Positions 1 through 12,900 of a stretch of DNA of 58,417 nucleotides are shown here, in pieces. A program made the translations under genes and the position numbers. The stretch is from Phoronis australis (lineage: Eukaryota > Animalia > Phoronida), in NCBI GenBank assembly GCA_002633005.1, contig NMRA01000444.1, positions 1-58,417 of the forward strand. Direction: 5' to 3'. Numbering within the stretch: the stretch's first letter is position 1; each line of letters begins with the position of its first letter. The notes below the pieces were generated by a model. It was not told where the DNA came from. It saw only the letters and a list, made by a program, of their open reading frames with translations, and ran no database searches.

Positions 1-906
1 AAATTACACCAGATAATTGAGCCAGGTGTCGCCAGTGAATAATGACGTAAAGGCTTGTGCGCAAGCTCACAGATTTTGTCCATTGAAAGTATACGGAGTT
101 GGCGGTCCATGTACTATAGTCTATGGTTGAATTGAGTTCCCTGTGCATGTTTTCCTGACCAGTAACAAACTCTATACCAAGGATTAATTATACAACTCCA
201 TACTTCAGTTACGTGTTAATAATATCCATTGCCAATAGTCAATTTATCCTATATTGATTTTCTCTCATTCTTTTCTTCCTGGTTGTTCCTGATTTAAATT
301 TGTTAAAAGAAATTATTTTGCATCTCAGGAAAACGTGAAACTGGACTTCATAAGTTAGTTTGACCATGTTTTTCAATTCACGCCTCCAGCAGAGATTGGT
401 TTGCGGTAGACCTACTAATTAAAGCAAACCAGACGACCACGAAATCTTTACCCATGTAATCACAGCTTTCACATACAGTGCATTTCGTCTTGTTTATCCG
501 AAAATTGAAATAGACCTATTACTCTCATGGAATCAATTTCGTAAAAATGGTAATCAAATTTGAAAATTAAGGTCACGCTATTGTCAATAACAGTGATAGC
601 CCTTTCCTAGCTACAACCAGTCGTGCGGACTTTGATAAAAGTGTCCATATTTTTAAAGAACATGTCATGTCTTCGCTCTGAGGATTACTTTTGACACTAA
701 CAAACTTACTACGAGAGCGACCTAATCTTGGTCTTGAAAAAACGATGATTCGAACGACAACTGATGTATTACCTGATAAACAGAGAGTAGATTTAGTAAT
801 TGTGTGTACAATTGTGTTATTTCAACGTTTCCGTGATGAGTAATTAAGATTCACGGTGAAGTTAATGATTGTGAAGTTTGCTATAACTTGTTCATTGTTT
901 CTGCAG

Positions 907-999
907 GGCACAGCACTACACCGTGCAGCAGAGCTGGGACGTACAGAGGTGGCGCGTGATTTGTGTGAAGCAGGCGCTAAGGTCAACAAGCAAGACAGG
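907..999 (+). CDS. Ankyrin-repeat exon ([31 protein letters not shown])
   Basis: ctgcag acceptor, gtaata donor, 93 nt, phase 0-0, matches ankyrin consensus TxLHxAAxxG...GAxVN. Confidence 0.92.
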
Positions 1000-3900
1000 G
1001 TAATAGAAACTACTTGAGACGATTTTATAATTGAGACAATGATATCTTTGTTACAAAGCTGTAAACTATCTGAAGTTTAACTAAACATGTTGTGTGTAAA
1101 TACACTTTCTATTTCTCATGATTTCGACATGTATTTTTCAATCTGTACCCGGTACATGCATCTTAAGAAACAGTGAGGTTTGAATTGTGTCAACAATATA
1201 TTTGGCGACTTAATGTTGATATTTTTCTATTCTTAATGGTAATCGTCCATTCAACATTACAACTTTATATTAAACAGGAAGCCGTTAAACCGGTGTATAA
1301 ACACAACATGGAAGGGTCACTGTGAAGTTATGGAGGCGCTCAGTAATTTCTGACAGTCGACGTCTACACCATGTTCTGTTCTTACTTCAACGTTTTAAAA
1401 TCACCTGTAACACTTGAGTGTTGAAATCATTACAAGTATTGTAGCGTCTTAGAGGGGTCAGTAATGTTTCATTTATGTCACCTTACAAGTTCACTTTGCC
1501 GCGTGTATGTTAATTTGCTCTAAACGTTGATCGTCCATTCACACATCTCCATTATATATTACATAGGAGGGCTGGACACCGCTGCACTGTGCAGCAGAGT
1601 GGGGTCATACACAGACAGTGAAGTGTCTTGTGGAACACAACGCTACTGTGGATGTCCGTACACAGGTAATTAATGACACACGGGTTGTTTAGTTGAACTA
1701 GTTGTTTACACAAGAGATGATTAAAACTATTGAGTAACAAATTTTGTTGATATTTTCCCAATTTAATATCCTTAAACAATTTTAAATTAAATGTCGTCTG
1801 CTTTCCAACAGAGAACTGCCAAAGCTGCAACCGAACATTTCAGTTGATTCATTATTGTTGTTTTATTTACCTATATATATTCTACATTTCGTCAAACAAT
1901 AGTTTCCTTCAGACGATCTGGATCGCCTCATTTAGTTTCAGATTTATTTTCTACGTTATTTTGATTGTCCAACACTTTACAGTGCACAATTACTTGCTGT
2001 GTGTTACCAGCCTGTAACGAGACGGGGAACACTGAACACGCTCTGTTGGTTTGTTCTAAAACTCAACATTTCCCTGTTGAAATCATTACAAATATTTTTA
2101 GCGTCTTAGAGGGGTCAGTCATGTGTCATTTATGTCACCTAACAAGTTCACTTTCCCCCGTGTATGTTAATTTGCTCTAAACGTTGATCGTCCATTCACA
2201 CATCTCCATTATATATTACATAGTGGGGCTGGACACCGCTGCACTGTGCAGCAGAGTATGGTCATACACAGATAGTGAAGTGTCTTGTGGAACACAACGC
2301 TACAGTGGATGTCCGTGATAAGGTAATTAATGACACACAGGTTGTTTGGTTGAACTAGTTGTTTACATAAGAGATGATTAAAACTGTTGAGTAACTAATT
2401 TTGTTGATATTTTTAGCATTGTAATGTCTCTAAACAATGTCAAATTAAATGTCTTCTGCTTTCCATAGCGGGGCCAAACACCGCTGCACTGGGCAGCAGA
2501 GGGGGGTCATACAGCCGTCGTACAGTGTCTCATCGAACACCGGGCCAACGTGAATGTCTGTGATGAGGTAATTATTGACACACAGGTTGATGAACACAAT
2601 ACGTGACTAGGCTAATTATTGCGTGTTTTAATCAAATATTCACAGATTTTAATTTTGTTTGTAAACGTTGAATTCACGGCACGTGTAGTGACGTGCACGT
2701 GACGTGACGTGCTCGCGACATTAAGTAATTAGAAACAGTTTTCACTTCACGTGGGGTTGTACATTGAGCAATGGTTCTTTACTTGCATTTTCATAGCACC
2801 CCCTAAATGAATGTGGCTCAGTTGTTATGTATAACATAAACTTGTGATATTTCAAATCATCTTTTCTCTCGTGTAACTACAACAGATCCGCATTGAAGAA
2901 ATCTCGCTCATTTATATCTGAGTTTAAATGCAGTTGTAGTCGTGCTTTGTTGAGTCGCCCGCTTTATACAGTAAGTATGCAACTGAAGGCGAAGTTCTGA
3001 AACAGAAAGGTATAAAGCGTGGCGCTCTGTTGGCGCACCCACTTCGCTATACATCATGCTGACCAGCATTCTATCATTTTTGTTCATTTACTGTAGGATG
3101 GAAACACACCCTTACATCTGGCATCCCAGACAGGACGGGCAGCAATCGTGGAGCTGCTGGTCCATGAAGGCAGCTGCGACGTGGCTGCCGTAAACAAGGT
3201 ATCTCAAGAGTGCTGTACTCAGAATTTAGTTAATGCTGCAATAAATGTGTATTCAATGAACATTGAGTTCGTGGAAATGTTCACTCATAATAAATATCTG
3301 ATCAAAAATGAACAACCTCTTTACGTGGAGTTATACAAAGAGTCACTCCTTCACTGCAAGTACCTTCCCACAACACGCAGTGAAACCAATGCCGCTGGTC
3401 TCATCCTACTATTGGGACATAAACTTAACAAACCAACGACGCCATAAGGCGCCAAACACAGGCACACATTTTGATATTCTCACTTCATAAAAAGATGCAA
3501 ATTTTTTATCAGGTCAGTGCTTCCAATCAGGTGTGCCCTTAGGGACCTCAGTAAAGAATTTTTGTTAAGGTTGCATTAAAATGCGATTATTTTAACACTC
3601 AGTTTTCAAAGTCTTGTAATTTCGTGGTTTACTTTTTTAATGTCACTACATTGCTGTGTAATATGTTCCTGTCATGATCTGATTTATATATTCTGTGATG
3701 GGGTAATGTGGGGGATGAGTTAGTCAAAGCCCAGGCTTTTGGAAGGGCACGTCCTGTTTTCACAATTCCAGAAGTCTGCCTTAAACTACATGTAAACCCT
3801 GGAAAAAGGAGAGCGCTGTAAACCTAAATCACGCGCCGTGATCTTTTGTGCTCCATCGTAAATCCAGGGTATTCGAATATGTTTGGTTTACCCCTGACGC

Positions 3901-6900
3901 GACCATCGTACATGTACATGTATTTTGGGTACCGGTTCAGGGTTCTCACCGCAGAGCATCACACAATACCTTTTGGAACAAAGGTTTCTGGTCAAAACGT
4001 TAGAGTTACGATTTCATAGAAATACGAATACGCAACAACTTAAATCTTTGTATCTTCTGAATGGATACATTGTAAGACAAACTCCTGTTTATCAAGGTTG
4101 AATTTACGTTTGGAGTGAGACTAAATCGAATCGAAAAAAATTAACACTTGCTGAAATTTCAACACTAGCGAGAACAGTTCGAGTTCTTGAACATAACATT
4201 TTCCATGATGTTTGCTATGAATGTAATCAGTGGAGAATGTGGAAGTTTTAAAACTCTTTCGTTAATAACGTTTAGGAATGTTTTGTAATAAAAATTTTGT
4301 TTCGCTTTACACCTGATAGACTTAAATGTACGAACTAAATTAATTCACTTTCCTTTTCTATGTGACTTTTCGGCAACATGTACTTTTATCTATGGCTATG
4401 GTGCAACATACTTTAATTACTTTGGTGTGAGCATTTTAGTAACTGAAACTATTTAGTGAACGAAATATCTACCAGAAAAGAAAAAGGTTCTGCTGAGTAT
4501 TTAAATTTCCAATAACCTCAATCAAAATTGCTTAGTATTGATCCGAGTGCACGACTGTGTATGTTCCTGGCGTGGACTGATTTATGTACTCTGTAATCGA
4601 CGGGTAAACTTGCGAACTCCATACGACGTCATTTGGCAAGGGTTTGTAAAATGTATTTAAAATTTGCTCCCGGTCCGGGCATAACCACCGTCCGCCACCA
4701 CTTGCACAAGTGACACGGTGTCGGGACCTGTACAACGTGTTTGGACTGGTCATGAGGAGTACGGCGTCGTCTTGAGAAATTTGATGCACATGTAGGAATA
4801 CAACACTGAAAGCTGCTCACGTTCGCGTGACCAGCAATGACGCCCAGTGTGACTCGATGGCCGTGGTGTTGTAAAAAAATCAGGAATATCGGTGAAAGTT
4901 TGTTATAAATTGATCCATTATGTTGTTGATTTAATACATTTCATACCGTAAGTAATACTTTATGAAGATGTGCAAGTGCTGCAAAAGTTTCAGCTAAAAT
5001 TTTGCTTGATTAACAAAGATATGCAAAGTTTAAATACAGTGTAAGGCAGTCAGACAAAACGACTGTACGGACTCGCCTGAGCCAACTGTACGGACTCGTC
5101 ATGAGCAGATGTTTGAAAACTGTACGAACTCGGCAGTGAACTGGTTAAGAATTAAACAAATCTTAACCAGAATAGACCGTTTAACTTGATAATTAGCAAT
5201 AGTTCGCGAGGAGTCTAGTTGGCTAATAGGTTATTTGAGAAAGATTGGATGTATTTGCAATTGATGTGTAAACGTGAGAATGGCACAGATAAGAAGTGTT
5301 AGGCCATTGTCATCAACCATTTTGGACTGCAAATGAAATTGATGTAGGAACAGTTTACGCATTTTTCCGATCAACCAACTTCAAGTACTGTGTTGGCACA
5401 CATCACTTTGAAATGTTGAAGTAATTGGTCACGGTATCGAGATCACGGCGATCAAGTACAAAGAATTAGGTATCTAGCCTTGTATGAACACAGCGGTTTG
5501 GAATGTTTCAGAGTAAAAAATATGGGTGCATTCCCAACACTGTTTTGGAGGTGGGCTGCGAAACCAGGTAAAGCAAAACCTGTCTATACGACATAATGAG
5601 TTTGATCACAAGAGTCCATTTATATAGAAGTCAAACGTAAAACGAGAAGGCAAAGATAAAGAATACACCGACAGAAAAGATTGCGAAAGGGATATAGAGA
5701 TACATGTAGATATAGCACGAGAATACAGTGTAATACACGAAATATGTGATGGGAAACAACGCTTTGAAAACAGTAGGGATGTCACACACGTTGGCCAAGT
5801 TTAATAGGATAACAGCTGATGGAACGTTCCCTTTAGACAATTTAGCGTTTATACTGTTTTTAGATTTGGCAGAATCGTTACCCACGACAACACCCTAACA
5901 ACGAGGTGCTCGAACATCTTTATGAAGATTTGGCGGAAATCAATGTGTTGATCATTCTCGAGCCAAACCTTGCGGTCTGCTGTATGGGAATTTTAGATAT
6001 TTCCTCCAGTTCGAAGTCGTTGCAACAGTCGGCTAATTTTGAAGTTTCGTGCTGGGCAATTTACGTGGTTTACGTGGCAGTAACCAAAAAATCTGTTATT
6101 TCTGGGAGATACATGTGTAGTCCGTGCAGTATGTCGGACAGCAAGTTTTTGGCCGGGAATCCGATTGAAAAGTCATTTGACATTATTTATCAAGATACTG
6201 ATTGATACGTACCGGAATGGGTTACTTTCTGCATGTATTGATGCATAATTAGACGACAACAATTTGAAAACACCGCCGGCTTAATGCTAAACCTTACAGT
6301 TGCTAAAGACGATTTTGGACAGTCACGCGAAACTGAGTATGACGAGTCCGTACAGATATTTTGAGAGGAGATGCCATAAAATGCAACATAACTTGAACTA
6401 CACATTACAAATACATGTAAGAACTGTACTTATCATACGCGTTTCCTATGGTTACATGGTGGTACTCATACGCAAAAATTTAGATAAACAAGAAAAACTG
6501 TAAAAAATTGACGCTCCAAGTTCATCGTTGTGTAAACAATTAGTGAAACCTCTTGAGCATAGTCAGTATGGGGACCCTATTAATGTAATTAAGGTCACAT
6601 CCAATCACTACCCTTCCACTGAATGCATGCCAACAGTTTCGTTGCAAAAAGTCATGTGTTACAAAGTTTACGATCTCATAAAGTACGCCTTGACGGTGAT
6701 TTTTTGCCGATTTTTCTCCTGACGACGCCGAAATCCTCATGACCAGTCCAAATACGTAGTGCAGGTCCCAACACCGTGAAGTGAGTTAAGTTGCAGAATG
6801 ATCGCCAACTGGCAAAAGTAAAAGGTAGCCTAGCTTCATTACCACCATTTTTTATTAACGTGTACTAACTCTAAACTACTATTATGTTCATTGGGCCGGT

Positions 6901-9900
6901 TCAAAGAGTCAAAAATAAAATTGACCGGAACTAAGTTCCAGCTGATTTTGTAATTCCATCAGCAATAGATTAGTCACAATTGCTGCGTTGTTCGACAGCC
7001 TGAAAGTTGCATGCCGTGCAAGTGCAATAAAATACCAATTATTGGAAATGGTAATCACAATTCTAATGCGTCCAAATAATGTTTGATTGGACACTCAAAA
7101 GATTGGTATCCAAAACACTTAACTTGCAAGCAAATCGATTCGATAAAAAACGTTAAAACTCAGCTATAGGTGCTCCGTGGGGTAAAGTTGGAATATCTCC
7201 ATTTCCTGAGTCCCAGCTAGCAGTCAAATCAACGGGCGGCGTTGTTTGATTTTGCAGCATCTGGTGGATTTCAGTTAGTCAGCCGACATGAACTGAAGTA
7301 AACTAAAAAGAGTACGTGAGTGTAACTTGACTTATCCGTTACAAATTTTTAGACGTTCATGAATTCAATTCTGAAATCAAGTTTCAAATAGAATTTACTA
7401 GAAATGTGAAAATCGCGAAACGGAAACACTCAGAGCTTAAGGCAGGTTTCGATTGCAAGTACATGTACATGTGAAATGTTTTAGCAATTTTTCTTTGAAC
7501 AAACGTATTACAGTTCGTGTACGCTGACCTAAAAGTGCACGGATACGGAAACGGCAAGTCACCGCAACGTGCAATTCGCAAAGTCTTTCATAAAAGGGGA
7601 TCTACGCGTATCGTCATTTAGATAATGAAGAGGTGCCTTGATGCCTGTGTGTGGTTGGTAGGCAAAGGATCAGGCAGCAATTGTCCCTGAATTAAGTAAA
7701 AATACAGGAAATTTGGATTACCAAAAGCAAAGACACCAATGCATTCATTGCTAAACTTGGAGACGTTTGAGAATTCTCATGGGCAGTGAAATGAACAGAA
7801 GATAACGTTCGGGGGAAAGGTCTGGAATAATCGTATATGTAACTGCTTCAGCTTGATTTCCCTTTATTAGGCTTTTTTGTCACTTTCCTTTTACGTTTTG
7901 AGTGAACATTCTACGCCACTTTCAATTTCACGACCCTGCTCAGCACTGGAAACATACGGTTCTTCTCTTCTTTGTTTTTTGAAACCTGAACCATTTTATT
8001 TCTTGTGATGGTGACATATCACTTCACACCGCGTCTGAGAATGCCAAGCTAATTGTCGTGAAACGTCTCGAAAGGGTGTTGGTGTCACGTTTGTCAACAG
8101 GTAAAACAGTAAATTAAATCAATTTGTCTAGTAAGACGAAACTTTACCAGAATAGTGAAAATATCGTCTAATTTTTTATAACTTTCTATTGTTGTGTTCT
8201 CTCCATCTTAGTGCTAAATGTCTAAGTATGTTGGTGTCTATGTTACAAGTTCCAGTGGGCAGCAAAAGTTATATGTCGTATAATTTATACTGCCCTTCAA
8301 TATTGTCAATTTTTTTGATAAACCTGACCGCATTTCCGAAATATTCACTTCGATGTACAAAAGAGATGCGTTAATGGTTGCTGGCGTGTTTTTGTTTTAC
8401 CTTTTCTTACGTATTAATTAGCATAAAATATAAATTCCATCTGCGCTTGTTGAACTTATCGTGTTCAATGATAAGCTAAGGTGCAGACATAATAAGTCTT
8501 TTTTATGAGCCTGAATTAATTCAATAACTACATGAAGCGTAAAGCATGACTATTCCTTTCCCCATTGTGTGTATTTGCAGTTTTTACGATGTTTGTTCTT
8601 TACCGTTTGATTGTAATCTCTTTTAAGGTTTGACTATGCCGACCTTACAGTACATGTTCGGATTACAAAAATTTCGGAACTCTAGTAACGTGCTCTGTTC
8701 TTGTCAGTTTGGGATCAGTAAAAGTTTCATTGCCGGTTATACGTAACTTGTTTACATATAACCCGTAAGCCAATGTGACTGATTCTGTTTTTGTACTTTT
8801 ACGGCATCTGCAAACATTTACGTGGGTATTTAGAAGTGAAAACTACAAAATCACGCAAAAACTCAAGCACACATACATGTGGATTTCCAACAGAAATCTA
8901 CATGTATTTATGCCTGTTGTATAGGGCATGCTTCTACACTGTATATGAAACACTTGAGTACAAAAAAGCTCCTCGATCTTGTCTGTTAGTTGGGAAAATA
9001 CCTAACTCCTTTTCTTTTAGACGACCCTGTAAGGAATCCAGATGTTGCCGAGGTAGTTTTTATTTAATTGGTCGCTAAGTATTAATTCTTAGAATTTTGA
9101 TGTTTTATGGCATCTTTACCGTGGGAAATAAAATTCTGGCATTCTATATTATCATTGTTACTTGGACTCTTAAGTCTGCATTGAATATACTCTTATTTTC
9201 TTATGGTGCGTAAAAAGAGTTCAAAACGAAGTCGGTTACAGCTGCAAACCCACGTTTCAAAACACCGTATCAAATTTGACACCGTTCCTAAGTAAAGTCT
9301 GCAGGTAGATGAGGTTTTAATAGAAGTTATGCGGGATAAATTTCTGGATTGGTGAACTTTTTCTTTTCTGTCACATTTTGAATCCGAATTTTGTACATGT
9401 ATGTTTTGAAATAAAGTCACGTGGTTACGAGCAATTGGTTGACAAATTTACACCTTAAACGGCGTGGATCCAGATGTAAGGGTTGATTTCTCGAACATTC
9501 ACATTTTCATAACAACGGTATATGCAAGTAAAAATACTCGCCACTAGCTCTGCCAACGAAATGTTCACAGCTTACCCACGTGTTTCTGTTCGTGTATTGT
9601 GAGTGTGAGAGTGAGTCCGTAAACTGGAGTTACTAAGTTTGTTAGCCGGGTTGTTAGGCCATCCTGCACATTGCGTTCAGCGTGCCATGACCAATGCATT
9701 GTCTAATTTGTAGAAACAATCCTCACGAACTGGAGAATTCACCGGTTTTATTTCAGAAATGCTTTTGCGCGCTAATCAGTTGCAAACTCGTCCTGTCCTA
9801 TAACAGCCACAATACTCGACACTGATCTTATCGACGACGAAGAAATAGTTGTATTGCGCAAACGACGAGTCGCAGGTGTAGGCAGCTGCTAGTGAAATTC

Positions 9901-12900
9901 GAAATTATTGCAACTCATAGTGTACATTGTAATAACAACGAAACAGATTTGTTATTAGTTAATTTGCTATTTCATATATCATGTCCTTTCAAACTTTTAC
10001 TGAAACTGTTGCATCAATGTCATTTCATACTCTGTTGGGAAATTGAAAATCGTTTGAAATCCATCCTCGTCGTTTGCTTTGATTTCGGTTTGTATTTTGA
10101 AAGTTCGTTAGGATACTTTTCACTGAAATTGCGACGGAATTTCTCTTTCCCAAACCTGTTCAACTATTGAAAAACGTCGGCGTCAGCCTTCAACTTTGCA
10201 TTCTTTAGTCATACTTAATTGTCCAAGATTGTTTGCGTCCGCTGGGAAATTTAGTGTAAGATGCATGCTGCAGAGTCGAGGTGTCAGCAAGTTTAATTAT
10301 TTTTTTTTTTAGTTTCCTAAAAGAAAGTTTGACCATTTGTGATATAAGCCAATGTGTCTATGCGTTCCATGTATTTTTACCCGATCTGCCCGTATTACGT
10401 GGAATTAATAATATACAAAAGTGTACAAAACTCATGCTCATGAACAAAGATGTCCAACTGCGCAAATAAGAGAAGCCTAATGCATTCGTACAATGTACAT
10501 TTTGCATATGTGAAACGTTTGGGTGGACACTTTCCTTGCAGTATTAATTCGGATACACAGGTTCCTAAATACAAAAAGCTTACACTGCGCTGCACTGGGT
10601 GACACTTTACTTTGTTTACGTACTCGAAAAGTTTTGCTTCCTCTTCCTCTTCAGAAGTAAAGTGTGTTACGATGTGCCAAATAAAGAAATCACATACAGC
10701 ATGTGCTCTAGTGGTCGAACAAAGGTCAGTGGCAATCTGTATACGTATTGTGTATTCCTGAAACACAGAGATTTAGTTTCTGATACCTATTCCCACAGCG
10801 ATAAAAAGTTGACCCAATTCAGTTGACGAGATATAGGCTGAGCATGATCTGATACATGTATATGATAAGGCATGTTGAGATGCGAATCACTGCTTGTCCG
10901 ACATTCCTTACGCGAAGACAATCAGAACACATCGGCCGCGCCGCGCATCAACCGCTCATCAGTCACGTGACGGCCAGCCGATGTTGGGTTGGGTGTCACC
11001 GGATCAGCAACAGATAATCTTACGATTTAGGTTTCCATCAAGAATCGAAAAACACTTTGCCTAATGGTGCTTCAGTTGCTGATTGTTGACATCGACGTCA
11101 CGGTCTGCCCTCCCGAAAATGTGCAGACCACAGTCCGCCTGCCATTGACATGAACAATAGCCATCTGTTTGTATAACACAATGCTATTTCAACGGTGATA
11201 GTGCCTTGATACTACCCACCCATATCTCTGTTCCTGTTTCGCTTTCCATATACGCGTGTGTTTAGGTTTTGGAGGCCCTAACTGACCAGTCTGCGTATTT
11301 TGAAAAACAACTATGGATTTTAACACAGCTAATATTTCAATGTTTCTGAAAGTACATTCCAGAATTTTATTTTTTACCTTTTTACTACTCTACAATTATG
11401 TGCGTTACATGATTTAACAAAAATGGTGGGTGTGTTGATACCAAAACATTGGTATGAAATTTCCTTTCATATAGACCTACCAGTTGAGCTCACAAAAGTG
11501 CTGTTAGTGTGTTCTAAAATAACCTTTATTTTCTTTATTTTATAACTTATTTGAAAATCGTGAAAAGTCTAATTGGACAGCTTTTTATGCAAGAATGCAA
11601 TAATTATAAAATAACTCCGTACTGTATTTGAACAGTGCGCATAGAATAATAAGTGAGAGTTTCATCTAAGTACTTGCATAGCTAGGCCCATATCCAGACG
11701 GTACATATTCGAAAAATGTTTGAGTGAAGTCAAGGAGCAAAATTTAAAAATCAAATGAACAAATAGGTTACGACACCTGCTGGTGTCTGTTGCCAAAGAG
11801 AAACACTAGCCTCCACGTGATGCGTGCACAAAGATTAGGGCAAATCACATTGACTCATAAAAATTTTATCATATATGCTATCCTTTTTGTTTGTTGTCTA
11901 TTATTCACCTATAATGTAGTCAGGTCACAATGTTAATGCTTAAATACAGCTAAAAGAAGTCAGTAACTTAAGTGAAGTTACCATTTCATTCTCTAGATTT
12001 GTGTAATCGTCGTCTTTCATGTTTAGAAGGTCAATCCACCAGCCTCAAATTTCTCAAGGAGCGATATACATGTACGTAAGTGTCCAGTTCATAGTGGTGC
12101 GGTTCGCTTGCTTGTTACTGTGCAGTGCATTTTTTGGTAAGAAGTAAATTTTCAAAGTTGTGTTACTCTTCAGGATTGACTTGAAAGTTAGTAAATCCTG
12201 TTTTGCAGGAAGGGCAAACAGCTTACGATGTTTGTGACGAAGAGGAAATCAAGACCGTTCTTAAGGTATGAAGTGGTGATAAAACAGTCGATCCTTCTTG
12301 TGAAATCCAGGTCGCTGTTTATTATGACTTATTTCATAACCGTCGTGTCAGTATCAGCAATCTGAAGGAATCTCATTAGCGTTGTCATTAATCAAACCTG
12401 CAAAAGCAACAATTGGCTCCCTTGTATTGAGGTGTCTCACTCCAAAAGATGACGTAGGCGTTGTAAAAGTAGCAGAATGTGCACTCCAACTTTTGCTCAC
12501 ACGGTAGTTACATGACGTGCATTACTGCAGGCACTGCAAGGGAACAAACAACAGATAGTGCATAATATTAACATTGCATTTCTTCTAGTTTAGCTGGTTT
12601 AATTGAAAATTAAGAACACTATCATAAAAGACATTTACTTCAAATAACTTAGATCTGACGCAGTATTGTTTTCCAGTAGGATTTTACATGTACTTTAGAG
12701 TATCGAGTCTACGGCACACCCCAAGATAAATCAAACAACGCCGTTTCCGTCAGTTCCGTTTTTATTTACTTCACTCTAGTTATTCCTGATGAAATGACGT
12801 GCCATAATGACTGTAGTTACACAATATTTCATTTTTTGTGTAGATCTACTGAAAACGTCCAAATTTCCAGTCCATAGTGTACAGCGCACTTAGCGGCATA

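Larger units (their letters stand above)
1419..2468 (+). repeat. Tandem intron-exon-intron duplication (about 1419-1811 vs 2075-2468, offset about 657 bp)
   Basis: Direct alignment; the 65 nt upstream of both acceptors are identical and the downstream introns are highly similar. Confidence 0.95.

Noticed and set aside
4714-4760. RAG/ProtoRAG RSS at the CACGGTG termini
   Set aside because: No ACAAAAACC-like nonamer at 12/23 spacing, TSD is 6 not 5 bp, no RAG1/RAG2-like relic seen
9655-9720. Possible further ankyrin pseudo-exon (ILHIA..HDQCIV)
   Set aside because: Similarity too weak; no donor site
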